The translations under genes were made by a program, and so were the position numbers. From Chiloscyllium plagiosum (Eukaryota): a DNA stretch of 64,000 bases. Location of the stretch: NCBI RefSeq assembly GCF_004010195.1, contig NC_057750.1, positions 9,176,457 through 9,240,456 on the forward strand, read 5' to 3'. This document shows, piece after piece, positions 11,244 to 22,890 of this stretch. Numbering within the stretch: position 1 is the stretch's first letter; each line of letters begins with the position of its first letter. The notes beneath the pieces are model-generated. The model worked only from the letters and a program-made list of their open reading frames with translations. It was not told the origin of the DNA and made no database searches.

Positions 11244-11402
11244 CAAACTACTGGAGAAACTCAGTGGGTCTGGCAGCCTCTGTGCAGAGGAGACAGAGTC
11301 CACCCGTCTGAATACTTCTGAAGAAGGGGGACTGGACCCAAAACATGAACTCTGTTTTCTCTCCACAGAGGTTGCTGAGTTTTTCCAGCAATTTCTGTTT
11401 GT
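11244..11402. mobile_element. Inverted-repeat Penelope-type pLTR element, degenerate hammerhead core
   Basis: Arms ctggagaaactcag...cagagtc and actctg...ctgagtttttccag flank CTGAAGA(11318)...gaccc-AAAAC. Confidence 0.6.
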
Positions 11403-11839
11403 GTCTTGAGTTCATCTGTTGGCCACACCCTTCCCCCATTTCCCCTTCCTGCAGAAAATGAGGTCTGTCAGAAATAGAGGGCCGAGATTTTTGATAAGGA
11501 TATCGCTGGCAAGACCAGCGTACTGTCTGACAACAATTGGCCTTTGAATCGCGTGGCTCACTCGGCAGTTGGGTCTGGAGTCACGTGTAGGCCAGACCAG
11601 GTGAGGAGAGCAGATTTCCCTCCCTAAAGGGTGTTCGTGAACCATTGCTTGGCGGTTGAATTTAAACCACACCAGCCACTGTAGAGAACCCTCAGTGTGT
11701 TAGATTTGGATCACTGGCACAGAGTTGTTCCAGTAGAGCGACCCTGGGACATCACTGGCTGATATCTCTCTGCCATTTGTGTGGTGCCATGAGTATGAAA
11801 ATCCGGGCGGATGCTACCAAACCCACTCTGTGCAACTGT

Positions 11840-11985
11840 TCCTTTATGTGGCGCCTTTCATGGTCTCAAGACAGCCTTACTGTTCTACAGCCAATGAAAT
11901 GCACTTTCTCTTTGGAAGTGTGTTCCCTGTTTGTAACGTAGGGAACATGGCAGCCAAGTAGTGCACATTAAAATCCCACAATTAG
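11840..11985 (-). mobile_element. SacSINE1/DeuSINE-like 3' fragment
   Basis: Reverse complement resembles TTGTGGGAT..TGTGCAC...TGGCTGCC..GTT.CCTAC.TTACAA...CATTGGCTGTA...TGAAAGGCGC, the recalled DeuSINE-type tail. Confidence 0.55.
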
Positions 11986-12639
11986 GAGAAAGTGAGGACT
12001 GCAGATCAAAGCGTCGATTCTCCTGCTCCTCGGATGCTGTGCTTTACCAAGATCTTAGCCGTGTGGCCCAGAGCTAATGACCCACTTGTTCAAAAAAATC
12101 ATTGATGGGCAGTGGGCCTTGCTGGATAGGTCAGGATGTATTGCCCATCCCTAACGGCCCAGAGGGCAGTTAAGTGTCATACAGCACAGAAATAGACTAT
12201 CCCAGTCTAACCGGTCCATAATCCTAAACTAAGCCATGTGGGTCTGGAGTCATGTGTAGACCCAGACCAGGTAAGGATGGCAGCTTCTTTCCCTAAAGGA
12301 CATTAGTCAACCAGATGAATATTTCCCCTTGTCATGATTAGACTCTAGATTCTTGTTGAACTCCAATTCTGCCATGGCAGGATTTGAACTTAGGCCCCTG
12401 GGGTCTCTGGATTAACAGCCCAGTGATAATGTCACTAGGCCACTACCACACCACCCACACCCCCGTTTTTGAACAAAGTGGATTGAGGAGTCAGGAACTC
12501 TTGTTCCTGACCCACTTTGGTGCAGAAATCCTGGTTGACACTCTCCCCTTAATCCACTTTGTTAAAAAATGGAGGGGTGGCAGCGGCCTACTGATATTAG
12601 TGACACTTTGGTGGGTCACATGGGACGTGCCCATCCTCC

Positions 12640-13350
12640 TGATCATGCAGACAGGGTGAAACTGGCACCGCTAGTGGACAGTGCTGCACTCCCTCAACAT
12701 CTCCTCCACTTCCCGCACCTCCGCCCTCAAACCCCACCGCAACAAGGACAGGACCCCTCACCCCAGTCCTCACCTTCCACCCCACCAACCTCCGAAATCA
12801 TCATATCATTCTCCATCATTTCTGCCACCTACAAACAGACCCCACCACCAGGGATATATTTCCCTCCCCACCCCTATTAGTGTTCCGGAGAGACCATTTC
12901 CTCTGCGACTACCTTCTCAGATCCACACCCACCTCCCCCCCAACAACCCACCCTCCCCTCCCGGCAACTTCCCCTGCCATCACAGGAAGTGCAAAACCCC
13001 CACCCTCACCTCCATCCAAGGCCCCATAGGAGCCTTCCACATCTGACGGAAATTTACCTGCATTTCCACACACATTATCTACTGTATCCATGCGGTCTCC
13101 TCTACATCGGGGAGACAGGACACCACCTTGCAGATCGTTTCAGAGAATATCTCCGGGACACCGTTATCCACCAACCCCACCGCCCCGTGGCTGAACACTT
13201 CAACTCCCCCTCCCACTCTACCAAGGATGTGCAGGCTGTGGGCCTCCTCCATTGCCACTCCCTAACCACGTGACGCCTGGAGGAAGAACGCCTCATCTTC
13301 CACCTTGGGACACTTCAACCATACAGGATCAATGTGGATTTCATCAGTTT
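12640..13350 (+). pseudogene. Penelope-like element GIY-YIG endonuclease remnant
   Basis: CHHRKCKT, then CGLLYIGETGHHLADRFREYLRD...VAEHFNSPSH...RLEEERLIFHLGTLQP, with frameshifts and a stop. Confidence 0.9.
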
Positions 13351-13662
13351 CCTCATTTGTCCTCCCCCCCATCTTATCCCAGATCCAACCCTCCAACTCA
13401 GCACAGCCCTCCTGACCTTTCCCATCTATCCACTCCATCCCTCGCCTCTGACCTATGACCTTTACCCCCACCTCCATCTACCTATCGGATTCCCAGCTAT
13501 TTTCCCCTCAGTTCCATCCCCTCCCCCTTCCATTTATCTTTCAGCCCCTTTGCCCCACAAGCCTCATTCCTGATGAAGGGCCTATGCCCGAAACGATAAT
13601 TCTCCTGCTCCTCGGATGCTGCCTGACCTGATGTGCTTTCCCAGCGCCACACTCTCGACTCC
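13350..13662 (+). mobile_element. Penelope 3' UTR/pLTR with hammerhead ribozyme-like core (13570-13594)
   Basis: CTGATGA-A-GGGC-ctat-GCCC-GAAAC directly downstream of the GIY-YIG remnant; the cleavage triplet has diverged (cgataat vs cgtcgat in other copies). Confidence 0.8.
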
Positions 13663-14371
13663 CTCAACACCGCATTTCTGCTGTGCGGCAGTAAAGGCAA
13701 TTCTGCTCTCCTCTTCCAGGTCACCATCTTTGACCCCCTGGTGTTGGCATCTCACAGGCCTACGGGGTAGAGGGAGCAATCAGAAAGGGAGCTCGCTGGC
13801 CGGCGATGCCCACCTTAGGTGAATAGCCGCTGTGGCTCATGTGTGCAAACCCTGGCTGGATTGCCACTGAAGCTTATAACCTGAACGCTCAAAGGGGAGA
13901 AGGAAATTGGAGGGGACCTGTCTTGCTGACTCTTGTCAGAACTGAGAATCTGAAAATTCACTTTCCCTCATCGATCTGCTTCAGGCAAAGAGAAGTTAGG
14001 AAAATCGATGGTGAGAACAAGCTTGAATTATTGTCCCCTTTATGATTCAGCCTGAGAGTCGGCCTTTGTCAACAATCTCAATGTGAAAGCTTTGCATTAA
14101 CGCCCTAACAGCTGGAGACAGTATTGAAATTCTCATTTATACATTCTATACAAGAGTGTAGCCGATACTGGAGTGTGTGCTACGGACTGTACCATAGCAC
14201 AGACCCAGGAGTGTGTATCCTTCAGACATCAGTATGGAATAGGAAAGACAGACAGACAGATAGAGTGAGAGAGAGAGAATTTCTATCTATTCTAATGTAT
14301 TTAATGTTTCTGGGAAGTTCTAAAGCAGTTTGCAGTCAGTGTGTGTGCTGTAGGAGGACACTGCTTCATAC

Positions 14372-14824
14372 TGGCTCAGTGGTTAGCACTGGGGACCTGG
14401 GTTCAATCCCACCCCTGGGAGACTGTCTGTGTGGAGTTTGCACATTCTCCCCATGTCTGCGTGGGTTTCCTCCCACAATCCAGAGATGTGCAGGCTAATG
14501 TGGGTTGGCCATGGGAAATTGCCCCGTATAAGCAAAAGTGAGGACCGCAGATGCTGGAAATCAGGGTCTAGATTAGAGTGGCGCTGGAAAAGCACAGCAA
14601 GTCAGGCAGCATCCGAGGAGCAGGAAAATCGACATTTCGGGCAAAGACTTTCATCGGGAATGAGGCAGGGAGCCTTCCCGGTGGAAAGATAAATGCCCTG
14701 TAGTGTCCAGGGATGTTTAGGCTAGGTGGGTTAGCCATGGGAAACGCAAGGGGTTACAATGGATGGGATGCTATGCGGAGGGTTGATGTGGAATTGGATG
14801 GGCTGAATAGCCTGCTCCCACACT
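14372..14824 (+). mobile_element. HE1-like SINE interrupted by a minus-strand Penelope pLTR fragment (~14535-14692)
   Basis: SINE head at 14372; SINE resumes tgccctgtagtgtccaggg at ~14694; the insert is the reverse complement of the 13560-13660 motif. Confidence 0.85.
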
Positions 14825-15683
14825 TAAGCTTTCCTGTGCAAGCAAGGTGGTAGCCAACTGATGCACAGCAAGATCCCACAGGCCAGCAATGCGAGCATCT
14901 CGTCTGTTGCAGGATGAACTTCAAGCCACCGTGTCACTATAAAGCGTTTGAACAGGTACACCTGGAAAGGAATTTGAACTCTGGACCCTCAGATTAAACG
15001 TTGATGCTCTACTGAGTGAGCTACATTTTTTTGTGGTTTTTTTGTTGAGAGAATTTGAGACAGAGGTAGAAAGTCATCTATTGAAAGCCCGTGAAGTAAA
15101 CAGCTTGAGAGGCATTTGATTGTTTTTTAACAGGTTAGAACAATAGAAGCAGCCTGAACGGGTGGGGGTCAAGCTCCCACCAAGCCAGAGTTTTTTAGAT
15201 TTCAAATTAGATTTGGAATGAGAATCTTAGAATCAAGGTGTGAGTGGGAGCCAGGGTCAAGTAGTGAGGACAGAGGGAGAGGGCGGAATGGCACTGCCAA
15301 GATGGGGCAAGAGTCCCGGATGAGCTCCCATGCACAGAGGGAGGACCAGCTACAGGAACACTGGAAGATGCAAGCCCTGAGGTGGCAAAGGCCTGTGTGA
15401 GGGTTTCTGCAGCCGATGAGCTGAGATGGGAAGTGGGAATGGTTGACCTCAGTGGTGATCAGAAGTCATATTGCACAATGTCTTGACAGTGCCTAGTGAG
15501 AGACACAGCAGGATAAATTAGGGAATTAAATACCAGAGGTTGGATTCCCAAAAAAGACATTAAACAAAGTGTAGGCTAATGGAGGGTCAAAGTTCAATGG
15601 TTCAGGAGTTGTGAAATAGTGACAAATAGATTCATCGGAGGATATAGGAATGAAGAAAGGAAACTAGGATAGGACAATTATTT

Positions 15684-16298
15684 CATAGGATCTGTACAGT
15701 GTGGAAACAGGCCATTTGGCCCAACAAGTCCACACCAACAATCTGAACAGTAAATCTGGACCCATTCCCCTACAGTTCCCTCTGACTAATGCACTTAACC
15801 TACACGGCACGATGGTTAGCACTGCTGCCTCACAGCGCCAGAGACCCGGGTTCAATTCCCGCCTCAGGCGACTGACTGTGTGGAGTTTGCACATTCTCCC
15901 CGGGTCTGCGTGGGTCCCCTCTGGGTGCTCCGGTGTCCTCCCACAGTCCAAAGATGTGCAGATCAGGGTGGATTGGCCATGCTGAATTGCCCCTAGTGTT
16001 AGATGAAGGGGTAAATGTAGGGGAATGGTTTTTGGGTGGGTTGCTCTTTGGAGGCTCGGTCTGGACTTGTTGGGCCGAAGGGCCTGTTTCCACACTGTAG
16101 GGAATCTAAAACGCCATGGGCAGTTTAGCACGACCGATCCACCCTAACCTGCACATCTTTGGATTGCGGGAGGAAACCGGAGCACTCAGAGGAAACCCAC
16201 GCAGACAATGTGCAAACTCCTTACAGTCAGTCACCCGAGGGTGGAATCGAACCCAGATCCCTAGTGCAGTGAGGCAGCAGTGCTAACCACTGAGCTGC
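15684..16298. mobile_element. Cluster of three HE1-like SINE pieces in -/+/- orientation (full plus copy 15805-16108)
   Basis: Minus tail at 15684-15802, plus copy with A/B boxes, minus head at 16116-16298. Confidence 0.9.
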
Positions 16299-16939
16299 CC
16301 CATTACAATCTGGTACAGTTTGAGCAGGCAAAGGGTTGTTACCTACAGTTGTACCCAGTCTACAGCAGGCCATTCAGCCCATTAATGATCCTCTCAGCTC
16401 TCTCCTGGCTTAACATTCCCATGTGGCCTCCACATTGCCCACTCCTCGTGGTCATGCGCTCCCAGTTTTCATCACTTTTGGAACGGAAGAGATTCCCTGG
16501 CGTGCTGCTTTGGATTGACCCCTTGTTCACCTAATAAACCTGCATCAGGCAGAAACCAGATTATCGTCGATGTCAGGATACTCACAGCGGACCGTGACAG
16601 CAGAGTATGTGTCCCTTTCATAGACCAGCCTGTCCCAAGTGTAAACTGCCTCTTTCATCCTCATGAAATGAATGGAATTAACCCAACTTCAACTCGATTG
16701 GAGAGTGACAGGCACTGTAATCAAAGCCAAATGTTCAAATGAAACGCAAATAAAATTAAGAGGCAAATTCCTCCAGGTCCCACCAGTTGTAGATGTTTCA
16801 ATGATGCCACGTTTCCCCTTCTGTAAGGGCACCCGGGCACAGACATAGAGGGTTAGGATGCCGTCCCCTGCTGAACCGAGGAATGGCCACCTCACTCACA
16901 TTACGTGCTAGCCCGTGTCGATCCCTGGTACTGCCCGCA

Positions 16940-17310
16940 GCTCATTGAAACTTATGGAATACGGAGTGGCCCTGACAGAGCGGACGTGGGGATGGTGTTT
17001 GCACCACTAGGGAGAGACCAGGACCCGAGGGCACGGCCTCAGAGTGAGGGGAACGCCCCTTTAGGGCTGGGAGCAGGAGGAGGAATTTCTTCAGCCGGAG
17101 TTGGGGAATCTGTGGAACTCGTTGTTGCAGAGGGATGCGGAGGTCGCGTCGTCGAACGTACTTGCCACAGAGACAGCTCTTGATTTGTATGGGGATCGAA
17201 GGTTACAGAGAGAAGGCGGGAGAATAGGGTTGAGAAATACATCCGCCATGATTGAATGGCAGAGCAAGCTCGATGGGCCGAATGGCCTAATTCTGCTCCT
17301 GTATCTTATG
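16940..17310 (+). mobile_element. Degenerate CR1-like LINE 3' fragment
   Basis: LIETY...DRADVGMVF, GNLWNSL motifs and tail gatgggccgaatggcctaattctgctcct. Confidence 0.75.
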
Positions 17311-17773
17311 GCATAAGGAAGGGGGGGGGAGCAGATGGTAATGGGAGGAGGTGAGAATGGGCTTAAGAAACATATCAGCCATGAGTGAATGGTGGAGGAG
17401 AGTCGATGGGCTAAATGGCCTCACTCTGTCCCTATATCTTATAACCACACTGAGTTGACATGGTTTTTCCACACTGATCACCTGTGATTAACCTTTATGA
17501 CCTCGTCCCAAAGTGGGAGCACTTTCTCTTTGTTTAACTCACTTCTGAATCTGAAAAAGCCCCTTCTCCCGAACCCAGAGCCTTCCCTCCACTCGGGCAA
17601 GGAGTCCCAACCTCCCCTGATAAATGTTTCAGTTCTGGTGCCACCATTGCAGCCCACTCGACACCGGCCTCACCAAGGTCTCTGGAGATCACAAGGGTGC
17701 ACAGCGCTCTGTTCTGATTCAGACAGGGCGTTGTATTTATCCTCAGCGGTAAATCATTCTCTCAACGATCAGG

Positions 17774-18058
17774 ACGCCATGATGGCTCAGTGGTTAGCAC
17801 TGTTATCTCACAGCGCCAGGGACCCGGGTTTGATTCCAGCAACTGACTGTGTGGAGTTTGCACATTCTCCCCGTGTCTGCGTGGGTTTCCTCCGGGTGCT
17901 CCGGTTTCCTCCCACAGTCCACGGATGTGCAGGTGAGGGTGAACTGGCCACGCTAAATTGCTCATGGTGTTAGGTGCATTAGTCAGAGGGAAATGGGTCT
18001 GGGTGGGTTACTTTTTGTTGAGCCGAAGGGCCTGTTTCCACACTGTAGGGAATCTAAT
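17774..18058 (+). mobile_element. HE1-like SINE
   Basis: gatggctcagtggttagcac head, core tgtggagtttgcacattctcc, tail cctgtttccacactgtagggaatctaatc. Confidence 0.92.
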
Positions 18059-18639
18059 CAGGACCTCACTGTCAAGTCTGACCTGTGGCTGTGTCTATTG
18101 TCCAGCCAGCTGATTGGCCTTCCCTGAACCCCAGAGCAATAGATTATTTTTCAAATTAAAATTCATTCACGAGATCTGATTGGGCTAGCGTTGGTTGTAC
18201 GATCTCCAGTGACAGAAGGGAAGGTGCTGGGGAGCTGCCTTGCTGAACCGCTGCAATCCTTGGGCAGTAGATGCACCCAGAGGGAGGGTTTTATCCCAGG
18301 GAAACCGATACATTCCCAACTCAGGATCGTGCGTGGTTCCGACGGGGGGGAGCAAGGGGCGGTGTTCCCATCTATCTGCTGCCCTGGTCCTCGCAGATAG
18401 CGGAAGATGTTGTCAGAGGTGAGTCGCTTGCATGGACGGTACACAGCACCTTGAAGACGATACACACTGAGCATCAATGGTGGAGGGAGTGGAAGCGGGG
18501 AGTCAATCCATCAAGCCAACACTCCTCCCTCAACCCTCAGGATCCAACGGCTGCACCTTCATCCCGTTCCCACTGGGGGCAGCACAGAATAGCTGCATAC
18601 ACATAACAACAGTGATTGCATTCCGAGATGACAGACATA

Positions 18640-19250
18640 ACTGGCGTATTGTTTTGCCCATTCAGGACGGAGATGAGGAAGGATGTGTTCACTCAGAGAG
18701 TCGCGAACCTGTGGGAGAGAATTCTGTTGGCGTCAGGTCGTTAGATATATTCAAGAGGGAGCTGGACGAGGGATCGAGGGTTTTGGAGAGGAAGCGGGAG
18801 TGGGATACTGAGATTGCCCGATCGTCCATGGTCATATCGAAGAGTGGTGCAGGCTCAAAGGGCTGAAGGGCCTGATTCTCACACCGACTGGCCACCTTTC
18901 TATGTTTCCATATACAAGATGATCAGAGGATTAGGTGGGGTAGACAGTGAAAGTCTTTTTCCTAGAATGATGACGTCAGCTTGTATGAGGGGGCATAACT
19001 ACAAATTGAGGGGTGATGGATTTAAGACAGATGTCAGAGGCAGGTTCTTTACCCAGAGAGTGGTATGGGTGCGGAATGCACTACCTGCCAACGTAGTTAA
19101 CTCAGCCACGTTAGGGAGATTTAAACAATCCTTAAATAAGCACATTGATGATGGTGAGATAGTGTAGGGGGAAGAGCTGAGAATAGTTCACAGCTCGGTG
19201 CAACATCGAGGGCCGAAGGGCCTGTTCTGTGTTCTATGTTCTATGTTCTT
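18640..19250 (+). mobile_element. Two adjacent CR1-like LINE 3' fragments
   Basis: IYKMIRGLGGVDSESLFPR...RGHNYKLRG...FFTQRVV..RNALP; tail gggccgaagggcctgttctgtg(ttctatg)n. Confidence 0.85.
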
Positions 19251-19989
19251 GGTGCCTCTGGAGCGGGTGGTAGGTAGCCTCCTGGGTAAACCTATCACTG
19301 ACCGTGTCGTCTAGGCAGGGAATCGTGGGATTGTAACGGTCAAGGATGTCAGGAAGGTGACAAAGGAGGTCACCAAAGCTGCAAAACCGAGCGCGACTCT
19401 TGTCAACGATGGACGTTTCATCGAAACCTCCCCTCCCCACCCAATCGGGTCTGACCGGAGGTGCGTTCGGCTCTGACTGTGCCGTCCCACAATGCCATGT
19501 ATCTCTAAGTCCCTCGCGAAGCTTTTTTCCACCACCTTAGTGTGATATTCTGCTGAACGAAAGGTCACACTGTTTAAAGCTGGTTTGGAAATCAATTAAG
19601 AGAGAGAGAACTGAAAGGTTCTGTCAGGAACCCATGCTGCTTTCACAAGCTGCCCCGTGCCACAGGGGTCCAGTAAACTTTGCAAAAACAAAAATCCCAT
19701 CCCCCACCTCCTTCCCGATTACAGAGAGCAAGACTAGACTATGGCCTTCTATTCACTCCCAGGCAGAATACAGAGCCAACGTGTTGGATTCTCTCTGTCT
19801 TTACTGTGACAGTAAACCCTCAAAGCTTTCCTCCCAGTAATGGAGGGGCCATCATCTTATCACCGTGTCTCGTATCTCCCGTGTTTGGGGCTGGATGTTA
19901 AACTAGGAACCCATCCTCCTACACCCCAACACCTCCCCAGTCTGACTGCTGGTGAAAATATAAAATCCGAAAGAATTCGAATCCGGATG

Positions 19990-20280
19990 TGGTAAATCAG
20001 AAACAAAGACAGAAGTCACTGGGAAAGCTCAGCAGGTCGCTGCATTTGTGAACAGAAATCAAAATTAGTCAGTTTGACTGTTCTTCTCCCTCTTTGGGCT
20101 CTACCCCTACTCGATTGTTTACTCCTCCCTCCCTCCCTCCACCCTGTCTTCTGCAAACAAGCGGACATTTTCCTCGCTACCATTGGCTCTGAGGAAGGCT
20201 CACCTGACTTGAAACGTTAACTCTGATTTCTCTCTGCAGATGCTGCCAGACCCACTGAGCTTTTCCGGCAACTTCTGTTA
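19990..20280. mobile_element. Inverted-repeat Penelope-type pLTR element with degenerate hammerhead core (20189-20218)
   Basis: Arms cagaagtcactgggaaagctcagcaggtc and gacccactgagcttttccggcaacttctg; core CTGAGGA...GAAACGTT. Confidence 0.6.
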
Positions 20281-20369
20281 AAGATTGTGCTGCGATATTT
20301 ATAAGGGAAGCCCCCTATCCCCTCCCTTCAACTCTCCAAAACCGCCATCAATGTGTATCCCTCTCAGAT

Positions 20370-20665
20370 TGAGTCATAGAGATGTACAGCATGGAAACAG
20401 ACCCTTCGGTTTAACCCGTCCAGGTATCCCAACCCAATCTGGTCCCACCTGCCAGCACCCAGCCCATATCCCTCCAAACCCTTCCTATTCATATACCCAT
20501 CCAAATGCCTCTTAAATGTTGNNNNNNNNNNNNNNNNNNNNNNNNNNNNNNNNNNNNNNNNNNNNNNNNNNNNNNNNNNNNNNNNNNNNNNNNNNNNNNN
20601 NNNNNNNNNNNNNNNNACGCTCCAGGGAAAACAGCCCCAGCCTGTTCAGCCTCTCCCTGTATCTC
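20370..20665 (-). mobile_element. CR1/HER1-like LINE 3' fragment spanning an N-gap (20522-20616)
   Basis: gagtcatagagatgtacagcatggaaacagaccc terminus; ctccagggaaaacagccccagcc follows the gap. Confidence 0.85.
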
Positions 20666-20904
20666 AAATCCTCCTCGATTTGAACTGAATTATTGTTGTG
20701 ACGTGTACCCGAGTACAGTGAAAAGTTTTGTTTCGTGAGCAGCGCAGGCAGCTCAGAGCAAACAGGGACATAAAGATTATAGGGTGCTGAGGCAGAGAGA
20801 GGCAGACAGAGTTATAGCTGCATTGGAGGTGTACAAAGCTAGATCAACATCAGATTTGTGATTAAAGAGGCCGGTCCAGCAGTCTACTAACAGTCAAATC
20901 AACT

Positions 20905-21030
20905 CCACACAAAAAAACCCTACAGATTGGCTGGTCACTACAATTTGTTGGGATCTTGCTGTGTACCACTGACTGCTGCATTTCCCACAATGCAATGCTG
21001 TCAAAGTGCTACATCGTCTGTAAAATGCCA
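20905..21030 (+). mobile_element. SacSINE1/DeuSINE-like fragment
   Basis: cagattggctggtcactac..tttgttgggatcttgctgtg...ctgctgcatttcc resembles the recalled DeuSINE body and the other copies here. Confidence 0.5.
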
Positions 21031-22104
21031 CAGGGCACCCAGTGACAGGTTAAATAAGAGGAACTTACTTTTCTGGTTCAAGGCTAATGTCCCTACCACA
21101 ACACCCACTCCACCCCCCTCTCCGTATGTGGCTCGATGGGGAAAATGCTCCCATCTCTCAGTCACTGGGTACAGGGTTCGAGTTCCTTCCTTAAGTAAAG
21201 GGATCGAGGCAGATCTTCCCAGCGCAGCTCCCACCCCCACCCACCCCCCCGCTGAGGGGCGTTAAACGGAATCCCTGCTTCTTACTTCCAGATGAATGAA
21301 ATGAAGGCAGCAGGAGTTCCTATCACATTTACCCCCATCACCCCCAGTGCCAACAGGGTTGTGAATGCTCCATTGTTGGGGAAAAGGCACTCAGGGGATA
21401 GAACCGATGGGCAGAATTGCCCTCCTTATTGCGCTGTAACAATTCTGTGATTCTGGGAGGAGAGGGTGTCGCCTCATTCTAAACATGAAACAAGTCAGCA
21501 TTCAGTCAACTTCACTTTACCCCTTCAGACTGTAGCACCCAGGGGTGGGGGGAGGCGAAGGGTCACTCGAGGCTGACACGACTTGCTAAGGCAGGCGGCT
21601 GGGATATCCCACCCTCCCGCCTCCCGGGAGTCTTGTTCCGGGGGAGGACAGGATACGGGAAGGATCCCAAACATCTCGAGGGACCCTTCTGAGAATTGGG
21701 ACAGAAGGAAGATTTCCATTTTCAAAATTCCGTCTCACGAAGGCAATGCAGTATCAAGGTTTAGCTCTGAAAGGGTTAATGATGAAGGCTGCATGAAGCT
21801 CTGTACAGACTGATGGTGGCGAAAGGACTTGGGAGGGAAAGACAGGGCATTGTAGATCTCAAAGGGGATAGTCCTATTATCCTCGATCTCCCCACTGTCC
21901 CATGAACGTCAATATAACTTCTACCCGGACTTCTACCATGCAGGCGCAATCACACAGTGAGCTACATCTTGTTTAAGACAAGACCTTCTTCTCTTTGGAT
22001 CACCAAGTTGTTTTGCACGACCTGTTTCGATGTAGTCATCCTTATCGAGGCAGTCAGAAAAGGAGGATGGTGGCAGATATCGACCCAACCACATGGTGAT
22101 GCTG

Positions 22105-22890
22105 ATCAGCATCATCTGGTCATGTGACACAGCGGCAGTGGTTAGCATCATCTGGTCATGTGACATAGGGCAGTGGTTAGCATCATCTGGTCATGTGACA
22201 TGGTGGCAGTGGTTAGCATCATCTGGTCATGTGACATAGGGCAGTGGTTAGCATCATCTGGTCATATGACATGGTGGCAGTGGTTAGCACTCTCTGGTCA
22301 TGTGACATAGGGCAGTGGTTAGCATCATCTGGTCATGTGACATGGTGGCAGTGGTTAGCACTCTCTGGTCATGTGACATAGGGCAGTGGTTAGCACTCTC
22401 TGGTCATGTGGCATAGGGCAGTGGTTACCACCCTCTGGTCATGTGACATGGTGACAGCGGTTAACATACTCTTGTCACTCAGATTCCTAAAGAGCTTATG
22501 CCTGAAACGTCGATTCTCCTGCTTCGCGGATGCTGCCTGACTTTCTATGCTTTCCCAGCAACCCACTCCCATACTTTGGTCATGTGACATGGTGACAGAG
22601 GTTAGCACTCTCTGGTCATATGGTATGGTGACAGAGGTTAGCACCCTCTGGTCATATGGTATGGTGACAGAGGTTAGCATCCTCTGGTCATGTGACATGG
22701 TGACAGAGGTTAGCAGCCTCTGGTCATGTGACATAGTGACAGAGGTTAGCATCCTCTAGTCATGTGACATGGTGACAGAGGTTAGCAGCCTCTGGTCATG
22801 TGACATGGTGACAGAGGTTAGCACCCTCTGGTCATATGGCATGGTGACAGAGGTTAGCAGCCTCTGGTCATGTGACATGGTGACAGCGAT
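22105..22890. repeat. 35/36-bp minisatellite (GTTAGCATCATCTGGTCATGTGACATGGTGGCAGTG), ~19 units, split by a pLTR fragment at ~22480-22570
   Basis: gttagca at 22141, 22176, 22212; second block has period 36 (22601, 22637). Confidence 0.95.
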
